This document shows positions 18,159 to 26,465 of a stretch of 64,000 nt of DNA, piece after piece. Under the pieces are notes generated by a model. That model saw only the letters and a list, made by a program, of their open reading frames with translations, was not told the origin of the DNA and did no database searches. The translations under genes were made by a program, and so were the position numbers. How positions within the stretch are numbered: position 1 is the first letter of the stretch; each line of letters starts with the position of its first letter. Source of the DNA: Patescibacteria group bacterium (lineage in GTDB: Bacteria; Patescibacteriota; Dojkabacteria; GCA-002793355); assembly GCA_016860985.1 (NCBI GenBank), contig BOKM01000001.1, forward strand, positions 984,040 to 1,048,039, read 5' to 3'.

Positions 18159-18175
18159 AATCTCGTCGCCCGCTT
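18159..18175 (+). repeat. Exact 17-nt direct repeat of the 3' end of tRNA-Gly (AATCTCGTCGCCCGCTT; first copy at 1274-1290). Putative att-type boundary.
   Basis: The 17-mer is identical, in the same orientation, and sits 16.9 kb downstream of the tRNA. The geometry matches an element inserted at a tRNA 3' end. Confidence 0.65.
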
Positions 18176-18278
18176 GTCTTGTCTTTTTCAATAATTACCG
18201 CAGATACAACTAATAGTGTCGCAGATTCTTTGTTTGTCCCTTCTGTTAAATTTCTCTGAGAACAAGTAAACTACACAC

Positions 18279-18629
18279 ATGCGCAAACCATTCAAAAAGA
18301 ATATTAACGAGGTGGAAATGGAAGAAGCTCACGGCGGAAGTGGAAAAAGACAAGTACTTCTTTCCCAAAAAGACGACATTTCAACATATATGGAAGCGAT
18401 GACAAACGGTTATATTCCACCCAAAGGCGCTTATGATTGGCATAGCCATGATGGTGTCGATGAGCTTTTCCTCGTATTACAAGGGAGAGGAACAATTGAA
18501 TTTGAAGATGGAATTAGTCTGGAGTACGCAAAAGATGACTTGGTTCATATTCCTGCGGACATTAAACACAGAATTGAAAACACAAGTGAAACAGAAAGCG
18601 AATTTCTTTTTATACGAATAAAACACTAA
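18279..18629 (+). CDS. Cupin domain protein
   Basis: WHSHDGVDELFLVLQGRGTIEFEDG...VHIPADIKHRIEN matches the cupin_2 two-motif pattern. Confidence 0.7.
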   Translation: MRKPFKKNINEVEMEEAHGGSGKRQVLLSQKDDISTYMEAMTNGYIPPKGAYDWHSHDGVDELFLVLQGRGTIEFEDGISLEYAKDDLVHIPADIKHRIENTSETESEFLFIRIKH

Positions 18630-18644
18630 TTAGAATTTGTTGCT

Positions 18645-19187
18645 ATGGAAGAAAAAATATTGGTACTTGCCTACCCAGGTTCAGGAAAGACATATCTGGC
18701 AGATCACTATGAAAATGTGAGCGATTTTGAGTTTCAACATTATCGCTATGATTATGGCGAGTTTAAGCATCTTCCTCTCGAGCAGCTAAAAGGGAGAACC
18801 GAAATTCGAACAAATAATCCTCATTGGCCAGGCAATTTTTTTAAAGCTCTGGAAGAAGAACTAGAAAAAGGGAGAATAGTTGTCGTTCCGTTCGCGACTT
18901 CGCTGCTTGAAATACTTGATTTTCTTGAAGCTTCGAGTGGGGTCAGAATAATCTTCGCAATTCAAGATAAAGACTCCTTTGAGCAATTAGCAGTAAGTTT
19001 CAAAAATAGAGGCAACAGTGCCGAGTTTATAGAACGAAGGCGGAATGATTTTCAGAAGTGCCATGAAATAATTGCTCATTCTAAATATGAAAAAGTCTAC
19101 ATAAATACGAACGAGTTTTTGAGTGATGCACTCTCGAAAATTGGTGTGGTTTTTAAGAAAGGAACGGGTGTTAAGAATTATTTCTAG
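18645..19187 (+). CDS. P-loop NTPase (small kinase/AAA-like), function unknown
   Basis: Walker A in LAYPGSGKTYLADHY. 180 aa. Confidence 0.5.
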   Translation: MEEKILVLAYPGSGKTYLADHYENVSDFEFQHYRYDYGEFKHLPLEQLKGRTEIRTNNPHWPGNFFKALEEELEKGRIVVVPFATSLLEILDFLEASSGVRIIFAIQDKDSFEQLAVSFKNRGNSAEFIERRRNDFQKCHEIIAHSKYEKVYINTNEFLSDALSKIGVVFKKGTGVKNYF

Positions 19188-19223
19188 CCGATATAAATAT
19201 TCTCACAAATTTTGTGTCTTGAC

Positions 19224-20339
19224 CTAGTTTTCTAGATAGTAGCTACGAAACGAATCAACCGTCTGAAAACGCTTTATATCGACGTTAAGCCTAACGTAAT
19301 TTGCTTCCCATCTGTCAAGTGCGATATCAAATTGAGATGCGTTGTTTTTGAGATTGTGTGCGTCATAGTTTGATAGCAATTCTATTGGGGGTACATCGTA
19401 TCCGGAAGCCATTTCGTCATAAAAAGTTTGGCAACTTGCCATTGTTTTAAATGACAAATAATAGTCGTTAGTTGAAACTGCAAAAAACATTTTGTTCCTC
19501 CAATTCGAGTAGATTTCTTCATAAGTTCCTTTTAGCTGTTCGGCCGAAATAGATTTCCTTGGGTTAATGTTTGTTGTTGTTGACTGCTTGTTGAGAGTTA
19601 ATACTGCCGAACTTATGTTCAGAAACTCAGCGAACTGATCGAGCATCACCTGCAACGTGGTCGTAAGCTTGGGTATGGAACCTTCTCTAAACAAGCTCGC
19701 GTACAGCTCAGTGAACCCTTCTGGTTTGGCACTCATCGCAGCTATCTCTTCTGGAATTCGCCGTACACCTCTTTTGATATATGTATTGTTAAAAAAATAC
19801 AAACAATACTCTATTTTCTCAGTTAGCCGGTGAAGCAACCTGAACATCTCTCCTCGTGTATTTACTGTTTGAATTTTTTGCATAAGCAAGAATCCGTCTC
19901 TGGCTGCGCTAATTGCTTTTTCCTTATTTTCATCAGTATTTCGTAATTTTCTTTCCGCATGTGTCCGTAAACCCAAATATTGCTGCCATACCTTTTCGTT
20001 TTTAATGTACATAGGAGTAAGTTCGAAAAGTTTTGCAATAAATGGGTCAGAATATTCACTCATTTGTACCAATCTATTCCAAGGAGTGATGTAAAAATCG
20101 TAACCGATATCCTTTAGGATAAAACAGGTTGCAAGTTTCTTTGCATGTGAGTCATCTGAAATAATGCATAGATCTAAATCAGATTTTTCATGAAAATCAC
20201 CAGTCTGATAAGAACCGACAATTCCAAGCAAATCAATAGAATGTGGTGACGTTCGAGCTTCTTTTTCTAAAACTATATCGATAAGTTCTTTATTACGTGT
20301 CACCAACAGATTTGAGTCGACCATTGTGTATGGTAGCAA
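19224..20339 (-). CDS. Nucleotidyltransferase (Pol-beta-like NTase fold) domain protein, 371 aa
   Basis: LLGIVGSYQTGDFHEKSDLDLCII matches GS-x(9-13)-D-x-D, followed by a roughly 250-aa helical region. It is monocistronic: convergent with the P-loop gene and divergent from 20382. Confidence 0.55.
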   Translation of the reverse strand: MLPYTMVDSNLLVTRNKELIDIVLEKEARTSPHSIDLLGIVGSYQTGDFHEKSDLDLCIISDDSHAKKLATCFILKDIGYDFYITPWNRLVQMSEYSDPFIAKLFELTPMYIKNEKVWQQYLGLRTHAERKLRNTDENKEKAISAARDGFLLMQKIQTVNTRGEMFRLLHRLTEKIEYCLYFFNNTYIKRGVRRIPEEIAAMSAKPEGFTELYASLFREGSIPKLTTTLQVMLDQFAEFLNISSAVLTLNKQSTTTNINPRKSISAEQLKGTYEEIYSNWRNKMFFAVSTNDYYLSFKTMASCQTFYDEMASGYDVPPIELLSNYDAHNLKNNASQFDIALDRWEANYVRLNVDIKRFQTVDSFRSYYLEN

Positions 20340-20381
20340 TTTTTTTTCTTTTTGTAATTCTACTCTTTTCCGCTACAATGC

Positions 20382-21530
20382 ATGATGTTTGATGGACGTG
20401 AGCCCACACGAAGCAATAAGAATGATAATTTACATCAACGTGTCCCAGTTACACAAGAATCACGAGAAACTACTGTTCAATCAGTTAAAAATCGTGCAGT
20501 AAAGAGGCTTATTCTTGCGGTCACTGCTGTTACTCTTGTTGCTTGTCAGACCATTGATCAAATGCAACCACAACTTCCTGCGGTAGTTGCCGAAACACAG
20601 CCCCCAACGTTCATCGTCCCCTCACCCACCCTTACCCCATTTCAGCCCTCTGAACCAACTGCTACTGTACTTGCGCCTCCGATTCTTGAACAGCCGGTAA
20701 TTGAAACACCTTTCCCCGTTATTGTTGAGGCTCAACCGACCTTAGCTGAGCAAGTTGATCAAGATCCTTCGTTTTTAGATAAAAACTCGTACATATATCG
20801 AAATCCTACTGAAGTCATGTTTACACCTGAACGTGCAACAACAGTAGCCAACGAGATGCTACAGCGACTTATTGCCTTGGGGCTTGTCCAGGATTCTGGT
20901 GAACCAGTAACTGTACGATTTGAACCTCGCAGAGAGGGTGTAAAATGCGAAACTTTTGCATATAAGAGAGAGATCGTTTGCCATGATTCGGATCTCTTAT
21001 TTCAGAAGCCTGATGCTAGTTTGGTTTTTCACGAATTAACACATCTTGTACAAAAAGGTGCCGAAGTCTCAAGAAATAAGGAGTTGAGAGCTGCTATGAA
21101 TGCATATATTCTATCTGGCAGAGATAATCGAATTTACGATCGTTATCTCTTTATTCTGAAGTACCCGGTAAATGGTCAGGAATATATATTTTCGGCATCA
21201 AATTTTGTACAGGCAATGGAGGCACAAGGAATTAATGAAGTACAGATGCTTTTGTACGGATTTGACAGCACAATCGGAGCAACCGAAATGAATGCAGCGA
21301 TGATTCGGTGGGTATCGACATTAAGCGATATGTCAGGTAATGCACCCTTCCTTATTGATAGTACTTATCTTGAGGGAATGAACTTCCAATATCAATTTCT
21401 TGATGGAATCTACGGAATAAACCCATACAATGGAGATCCAGCCTTAACACCTGAAACTCAGTTCGATATGTGTCGTTCCAATAACTATAACCCAGCGGAT
21501 ATAGGGCCTCATTGTGTACTCATTCGATAA
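20382..21530 (+). CDS. Putative lipoprotein with an HExxH zinc-metallopeptidase motif
   Basis: Lipobox-like LILAVTAVTLVAC. Pro-rich linker. VFHELTHLVQ. Confidence 0.5.
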   Translation: MMFDGREPTRSNKNDNLHQRVPVTQESRETTVQSVKNRAVKRLILAVTAVTLVACQTIDQMQPQLPAVVAETQPPTFIVPSPTLTPFQPSEPTATVLAPPILEQPVIETPFPVIVEAQPTLAEQVDQDPSFLDKNSYIYRNPTEVMFTPERATTVANEMLQRLIALGLVQDSGEPVTVRFEPRREGVKCETFAYKREIVCHDSDLLFQKPDASLVFHELTHLVQKGAEVSRNKELRAAMNAYILSGRDNRIYDRYLFILKYPVNGQEYIFSASNFVQAMEAQGINEVQMLLYGFDSTIGATEMNAAMIRWVSTLSDMSGNAPFLIDSTYLEGMNFQYQFLDGIYGINPYNGDPALTPETQFDMCRSNNYNPADIGPHCVLIR

Positions 21531-21550
21531 AACAAGGAGTATAATGCACC

Positions 21551-22738
21551 ATGCTCTCAAAAGTTACAAAGCAAAATGTGATTGCTTGTTACATAAGTGA
21601 TGCAATTTTAGGTACTTTTTTTCAGCTTCCGATTTGGATTGTGTACCAATCGCAGTTCCTTAGTTTTGAGCAAATTGCATTTTATGCCGGATTGGCGCTT
21701 TTGGTCGAGGTTTTAATGCAGTTGCCAACAGGAGCTTTTGCAGATTTATTCGGCCGAAGTCTTTCACTATCTCTTGGTAATCTTTTCATGGCAATTCCAA
21801 TGTTTCTTATCGCCTTTTTCCCTAGGCCAGAAATTATGTTTGCGTATGCCATCATTTGGGGAATTGGAAGAGCGTTTACGATGGGAACTAATAAGCCAAT
21901 GGTCTATGATTCGCTTATTGAAGATAACGAGGTTGAACAATTTGGCTCAATATCAAGCAAATCGTTAGTAATTTTCCAAGTTTCTGGAGCAATATCAATC
22001 GCACTCGGTGGTTATCTATATCTAATGCATCCAACGTTCCCATATATTGTATCTGGGGTGTTTTCTTTAATAGGAGTAATTACTTCGTTTCTATTTGTTG
22101 AACCAAAAATAAAGCGGGAACGTTTTCATTTGCAAAATTTTATCAAAAAGAATACTGCTGGATTCGTAGAAATTTTTAAGACTTCACAAATAGCTAGACT
22201 GACTATTCTCTTTTCTTTGCTTTTGGGCATTGCTAATGTAAACCAACAGTTCTTTGTGCAGCCCTACATGCTTGAGCTTGGCATGAGCGATTTAGAAAGG
22301 AGCTGGGTTGCAATGGGGATAAAAATCGGCATTGCATTGATTGGCGCGTACGTAATGTCATTAAAAAGAATTTCGAAGAGCAGGTATTTTTTGTTTGTGA
22401 TTCCACTAATAATGATTGCGAGCTTGCTTCCTGCGAGTGTCGTCACGTTACCTGTTGCGTACATGTTGTTTGTTGGTATTGCCTTTACTTCCGGAAATAC
22501 GAACCTTTTCTTTTCTCCGGAGTACAATCGTCACATTGACTCCAAAGTCCGTAGCACGGCAGTATCGGCTCAGAAAATGATTGCCTCGTTTGTTGGTGCA
22601 GTGGTTCAATGGATAAGTGCACCAATTGTTGCGGCACAGTCGGTTGGAGTGTTTTACTCATATCTCGGTATCTTTACGTTAGTCATTCTCATTCCGCTCA
22701 CGTGGAGTGTTTTTAGACAACAAACTCGTAGTTTATAA
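21551..22738 (+). CDS. MFS transporter
   Basis: About 12 TM helices in a 6+6 arrangement. G-x-x-x-D-x-x-G-R-like loop ADLFGRS. Confidence 0.7.
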   Translation: MLSKVTKQNVIACYISDAILGTFFQLPIWIVYQSQFLSFEQIAFYAGLALLVEVLMQLPTGAFADLFGRSLSLSLGNLFMAIPMFLIAFFPRPEIMFAYAIIWGIGRAFTMGTNKPMVYDSLIEDNEVEQFGSISSKSLVIFQVSGAISIALGGYLYLMHPTFPYIVSGVFSLIGVITSFLFVEPKIKRERFHLQNFIKKNTAGFVEIFKTSQIARLTILFSLLLGIANVNQQFFVQPYMLELGMSDLERSWVAMGIKIGIALIGAYVMSLKRISKSRYFLFVIPLIMIASLLPASVVTLPVAYMLFVGIAFTSGNTNLFFSPEYNRHIDSKVRSTAVSAQKMIASFVGAVVQWISAPIVAAQSVGVFYSYLGIFTLVILIPLTWSVFRQQTRSL

Positions 22739-22758
22739 AGTACATGCTAAAATAGATC

Positions 22759-23223
22759 ATGGATTCACTTAAACAACAAATCTTCGAATATCTCGGCACG
22801 CAGCGCTTAATGTCAGTTGCAACATATAACGAAAAGCCGTGGATCGCGAATGTGTATTATGTTCATGACAATAATTTGAATTTGTATTTCTTAAGTAAAC
22901 GCACACGAGAACATTGTGTGGCTATCGAAGCTAATTCTTCAGTTGCTGTCGCAATTGCAGACTCTCACCAGCCGTTAAAACCTCCACAACTTGGGATACA
23001 GCTCTATGGAACAGCAGAAAGGGTTCAATTGTTAGAACAATTGCAATGGATGTTCAAAATGTGGAACAAACTAATTGCGCCTGATGTCACAGAGTATCTG
23101 GATAACCCAAAACAGTTTTTGGACTCAGGGTTGTCGTCGGTTTACAAAATTACTCCAAAACGAATCAAGTTTTTTAATACGGGGCTTTGGCCAAAAGACC
23201 AGTGCAAAGTACTAGATTTTTAG
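22759..23223 (+). CDS. Pyridoxamine 5'-phosphate oxidase-like FMN-binding family protein
   Basis: LMSVATYNEKPWIANVYYVHDNNLNLYFLS... is typical of the PNPOx-like split-barrel family. Confidence 0.55.
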   Translation: MDSLKQQIFEYLGTQRLMSVATYNEKPWIANVYYVHDNNLNLYFLSKRTREHCVAIEANSSVAVAIADSHQPLKPPQLGIQLYGTAERVQLLEQLQWMFKMWNKLIAPDVTEYLDNPKQFLDSGLSSVYKITPKRIKFFNTGLWPKDQCKVLDF

Positions 23224-23227
23224 GTAA

Positions 23228-23800
23228 ATGATCTTAATCCACATGGACAGAGAAGTGAAAAACAACAGCGTTCGAGTTGTAGAAAACGCTGTTGCTCCAA
23301 CTGCTTCATCTCTTTTTGCTATGATTAGGCAAATTGGAGCAGAAGGAAGTGTCGTTCTGGAAAATGGATTTAAATACGATGAAAATGTTTCTCCTTTGAT
23401 TAGAACAGTAATCGATTTTTGGAGAGTGGTTGAGGCGAATAGTGACTCGAATCCCGAGAAATTCCAGCACGGTTTCAAGTCGTTCAACGCATGGGAAGAA
23501 GCTATAGAAGGATTCGGAATGGCATCTCCGGGACTCCTATTTGCCTATATTGTTGATAAGTATACACTTGCCAAGCTAATAGATAAACAAGATCAAAGTG
23601 GGAAACTCTCAACAACAACGCGAGCAGCAATCCAATTTTCACGGTTCATGCTTTATTTCTCTTTAAGTCAGTTTTCGTATCATGAAATTTCCACAAAAAT
23701 TGGCCCTAAATTACACGAGATACTCAATGTAGGGGATGTCCCCTTTTCATTAGAAACCGTTTTGAAATTGTTCGAAAATCTTAGAGATTTTATTTTCTAA
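23228..23800 (+). CDS. Hypothetical protein
   Basis: 190-aa ORF, tightly packed after the previous gene. No recognisable motif. Confidence 0.4.
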   Translation: MILIHMDREVKNNSVRVVENAVAPTASSLFAMIRQIGAEGSVVLENGFKYDENVSPLIRTVIDFWRVVEANSDSNPEKFQHGFKSFNAWEEAIEGFGMASPGLLFAYIVDKYTLAKLIDKQDQSGKLSTTTRAAIQFSRFMLYFSLSQFSYHEISTKIGPKLHEILNVGDVPFSLETVLKLFENLRDFIF

Positions 23801-23821
23801 CCCAAACTGAAAAGGATTGAG

Positions 23822-24877
23822 CTATTTTTTCTTCTCTACTGGGCTGTTTGATCCATTGTAAAGAACATAATCGGCAACTTCTGGTACAGATTTGTTGAGC
23901 AACACAAGTCTAGTTGATTGTTGGAATACTTGTTGATCGCTTGAGGCAGTACCTGAATATACTCCTGCATTAATCATAGCCATTTGGAATATGGGGAGCT
24001 CATGCTGAGCATTTACTGTCGGGTCAGCGGTAACGCTAACATCAACATACGGAACGATTGCGGGATCTGTCGCCTTAAGTAAGGGTTTGACACGGTAAGA
24101 GGAGATGCCGGAGCCAACGGTTTCTACTCCGAAGCAATAGTCACCTAATTTTGTTGCTTTTCCTGGAACAGTATCGTTAAGGTTTGCATCGACGATTACT
24201 TCCCTACAATCGGTCTTCTTAGTAATCTTCATAGTCGCGGGTAAGCAGTTTGAAGTCGCTGGTGCTGCATTTACGTCAATCAAACACTCACCAAGTACCT
24301 GTAAGCCAGAAGCACTTCGAATAAATCCTTTGACGAGTAGCTTTGAATCAGTAACGTTATAAGAAGGATTGGCTTTCAAATGAATAATTGCTTTTGAATT
24401 TGCTGCGGATGCTGGTGTCGTTGATCCTGTTCCGGTCGGTGGTGCCATAAATACTTCTAGGTTCTCGCTATCAAACAACTTAAACTGCACAATCATTTTA
24501 TAATAGCCGACTTGTGCAATACTGTTTGCATCACACTGATTCTCAATATCCGTTGCTTCTGGGTCACATAGACCAAGTGTGGTCATTCCTGTTTGATCTT
24601 TTGAGCTGATAGAAAAAAGTGCTGTTGGGCTTGAGGGGTTTGGTGATAATTGACCGTTTTGAAGTTGGAGTGTGATATTTTCTACTGCTGCTTCTGAAAA
24701 TGTTTCGGCTCTTGTTGATGCACGCTCTTCACCTTGCTGTCTAATATCTTGCACTACCCTATTTGTGATGGAAAATGCAACGATAACAGATACGACAACG
24801 ATGATTAAAACGAGTGCTAATGCTTGCCCTTTTGCGCGGAGTTGTTTCATAGAAATACTGTATTGATTTTTACGCAT
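23822..24877 (-). CDS. Secreted or membrane-anchored hypothetical protein with a pilin-like hydrophobic N-terminus
   Basis: KGQALALVLIIVVVSVIVAFSIT is a signal-anchor. The rest is Thr/Ser-rich with no assignable domain. Confidence 0.45.
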   Translation of the reverse strand: MRKNQYSISMKQLRAKGQALALVLIIVVVSVIVAFSITNRVVQDIRQQGEERASTRAETFSEAAVENITLQLQNGQLSPNPSSPTALFSISSKDQTGMTTLGLCDPEATDIENQCDANSIAQVGYYKMIVQFKLFDSENLEVFMAPPTGTGSTTPASAANSKAIIHLKANPSYNVTDSKLLVKGFIRSASGLQVLGECLIDVNAAPATSNCLPATMKITKKTDCREVIVDANLNDTVPGKATKLGDYCFGVETVGSGISSYRVKPLLKATDPAIVPYVDVSVTADPTVNAQHELPIFQMAMINAGVYSGTASSDQQVFQQSTRLVLLNKSVPEVADYVLYNGSNSPVEKKK

Positions 24878-24962
24878 ATTGTCAATTGTCAGTGTGATAT
24901 TTTTGCACTTGCGAACGCTGAAATGTTAGGTATACTATGCGCATACATAATATCAGTCTGCA

Positions 24963-26417
24963 TTGTGGCTCTGCGCGAGCATGAAAATTTGTATTATTGA
25001 CGATGCTGACCCTTCAAGTCAGCAATTCCCTTATGTCCCCGAAAAATATTTGGAGGGTCATACTTGGGAGAAGCATTTGGTAACAAAGGGCAATGCAGTA
25101 CTCACCATAAAGCAACTTGCAACAAAGGGTTTTGATGTCTTTCTTAATCTTTGTTGTGGCGCCTTCGACGAAGATAGCCCCGGAATAGAAGTGGTACAGG
25201 CCTTGGAGCGATTTGACTGTGCCTTTACAGGTGCAGATCAACTCTTTTACGAACCTACGCGTGAGTCAATGAAGATGGTTTGCGAAGCAAATGGGTTGGC
25301 CTTTCCTAAAGGTGTGCAGATACGAACCAAAGAGGAGGTATTTGAAGCAGTAAAAGGGTTAAAGTTTCCACTCTTGGTTAAACACTCAAATAGTTACGCG
25401 AGTGTAGGCCTTACTCCTCAATCAAAAGTTGAGAATGAACAAGAGCTACTTGTGCAAGTTAATCGAATGCTCGAACTGTTCGGTACCTGCCTTGTTGAAG
25501 AGTTCATCGACGGTAAGGAATATTCTGTTCTAATTGCAGAGAATCCAGACAATTATGATGATCCAGTGGTGTTCACTCCTATTGAGGTTGTATTCGCGGG
25601 CGGTGAAACGTTTAAGCATGAATCACTAAAATGGGTGGATTATAATAAAATCTCCACGAAGCCGGTTTTCGAACCAGAATTAAAAACGAAACTCGAATAC
25701 ATGGGGAAGATTGTCTTTACTCAACTTCATGGAACTGGATATGGACGATGTGATATAAGATGCGACCAAAATGGTGTCCCTCACCTTTTGGAAATCAATC
25801 CAAACGGTGCAGTTTTTTATCCAAAAGAAGATCCTGGAACTGCAGATCATATTCTTCAGCTTGAGCCAGATGGTCACAATCGATTTATGGATTTGTTGTT
25901 GAGGTCTGCCCTTTCTCAGCGTGAAAAACGAAGGAGAGGATTTGAAGTGAGATATAGGCCTACTTCGGGGTTTGGTCTGTACGCAACTAAAAATTACGAG
26001 GTGGGAGCAGCAGTTATATCTTTGGAACAACTTCCGCACCAACTTATTTCACGTGCAGTACTTGCTTCAAAAACAGAGGAAAAGCAAGAGCGAGTGTTTG
26101 CAACGTCATTCCCACTCTCGGATACTTTGTTCTATACGCCTGCCTATAATCCTGAGGAATGGCATCCAATAAATCACTCCTGTGATCCTTCACTGTGGTT
26201 TGAACCAGGAACACTCATGCTTATTGCTCGACGAGCGATTACTGCAGGTGAGGAATTATCCTTGGATTACGGCATGTTATTTACAGAAGAACTTCCAAGT
26301 TTTGACTGCCCTTGTGGAACTGAAAACTGCCGTAAGGTAATTCGCGGTAGCGATTATAAACTTCCTGAATGTATAAACTACGGAAATCACCGTTCGCCAT
26401 ACATACTGAGTCTCTAG
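24963..26417 (+). CDS. ATP-grasp (D-Ala-D-Ala ligase-like) domain fused to a C-terminal SET domain (protein lysine methyltransferase-like)
   Basis: N-terminal half: FPLLVKHSNSYASVGL, EEFIDGKEYSVLI, LLEINPNGAVF (Ddl-like ATP-grasp). C-terminal: RYRPTSGFGLYATKNYEVGA...NHSCDPS...GEELSLDYG followed by the post-SET pattern CPCGTENC. Confidence 0.7.
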   Translation: MWLCASMKICIIDDADPSSQQFPYVPEKYLEGHTWEKHLVTKGNAVLTIKQLATKGFDVFLNLCCGAFDEDSPGIEVVQALERFDCAFTGADQLFYEPTRESMKMVCEANGLAFPKGVQIRTKEEVFEAVKGLKFPLLVKHSNSYASVGLTPQSKVENEQELLVQVNRMLELFGTCLVEEFIDGKEYSVLIAENPDNYDDPVVFTPIEVVFAGGETFKHESLKWVDYNKISTKPVFEPELKTKLEYMGKIVFTQLHGTGYGRCDIRCDQNGVPHLLEINPNGAVFYPKEDPGTADHILQLEPDGHNRFMDLLLRSALSQREKRRRGFEVRYRPTSGFGLYATKNYEVGAAVISLEQLPHQLISRAVLASKTEEKQERVFATSFPLSDTLFYTPAYNPEEWHPINHSCDPSLWFEPGTLMLIARRAITAGEELSLDYGMLFTEELPSFDCPCGTENCRKVIRGSDYKLPECINYGNHRSPYILSL

Positions 26418-26465
26418 TTCGTATTTGCTGTTTGTCAGTTCTTGACGACAGGACTAGAATAGAAA

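Noticed and set aside
17985-18175. Possible tmRNA or second tRNA-Gly gene ending with ...AATCTCGTCGCCCGC
   Set aside because: No complementary 5' acceptor strand (GCGGGCG), no D-arm, and no T-stem partner (the T-loop position is occupied by CATGCAA with no pairing). Only the last 17 nt match tRNA-Gly. It is better explained as an att-type partial duplication.
17775-18194. Three overlapping ORFs (138 aa -, 71 aa -, 66 aa +) between the island's last gene and the cupin gene
   Set aside because: They overlap each other and span the GC-rich structured segment plus the tRNA-Gly 3'-end repeat. Their composition changes abruptly mid-ORF. The segment is more likely non-coding. A 49-aa hydrophobic C-terminal portion (MKFTHGKS...) cannot be excluded as a tiny membrane protein.
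19224-20339. Nucleotidyltransferase as a CBASS cyclase
   Set aside because: The gene is monocistronic, with convergent and divergent neighbours and no adjacent effector or Cap genes.
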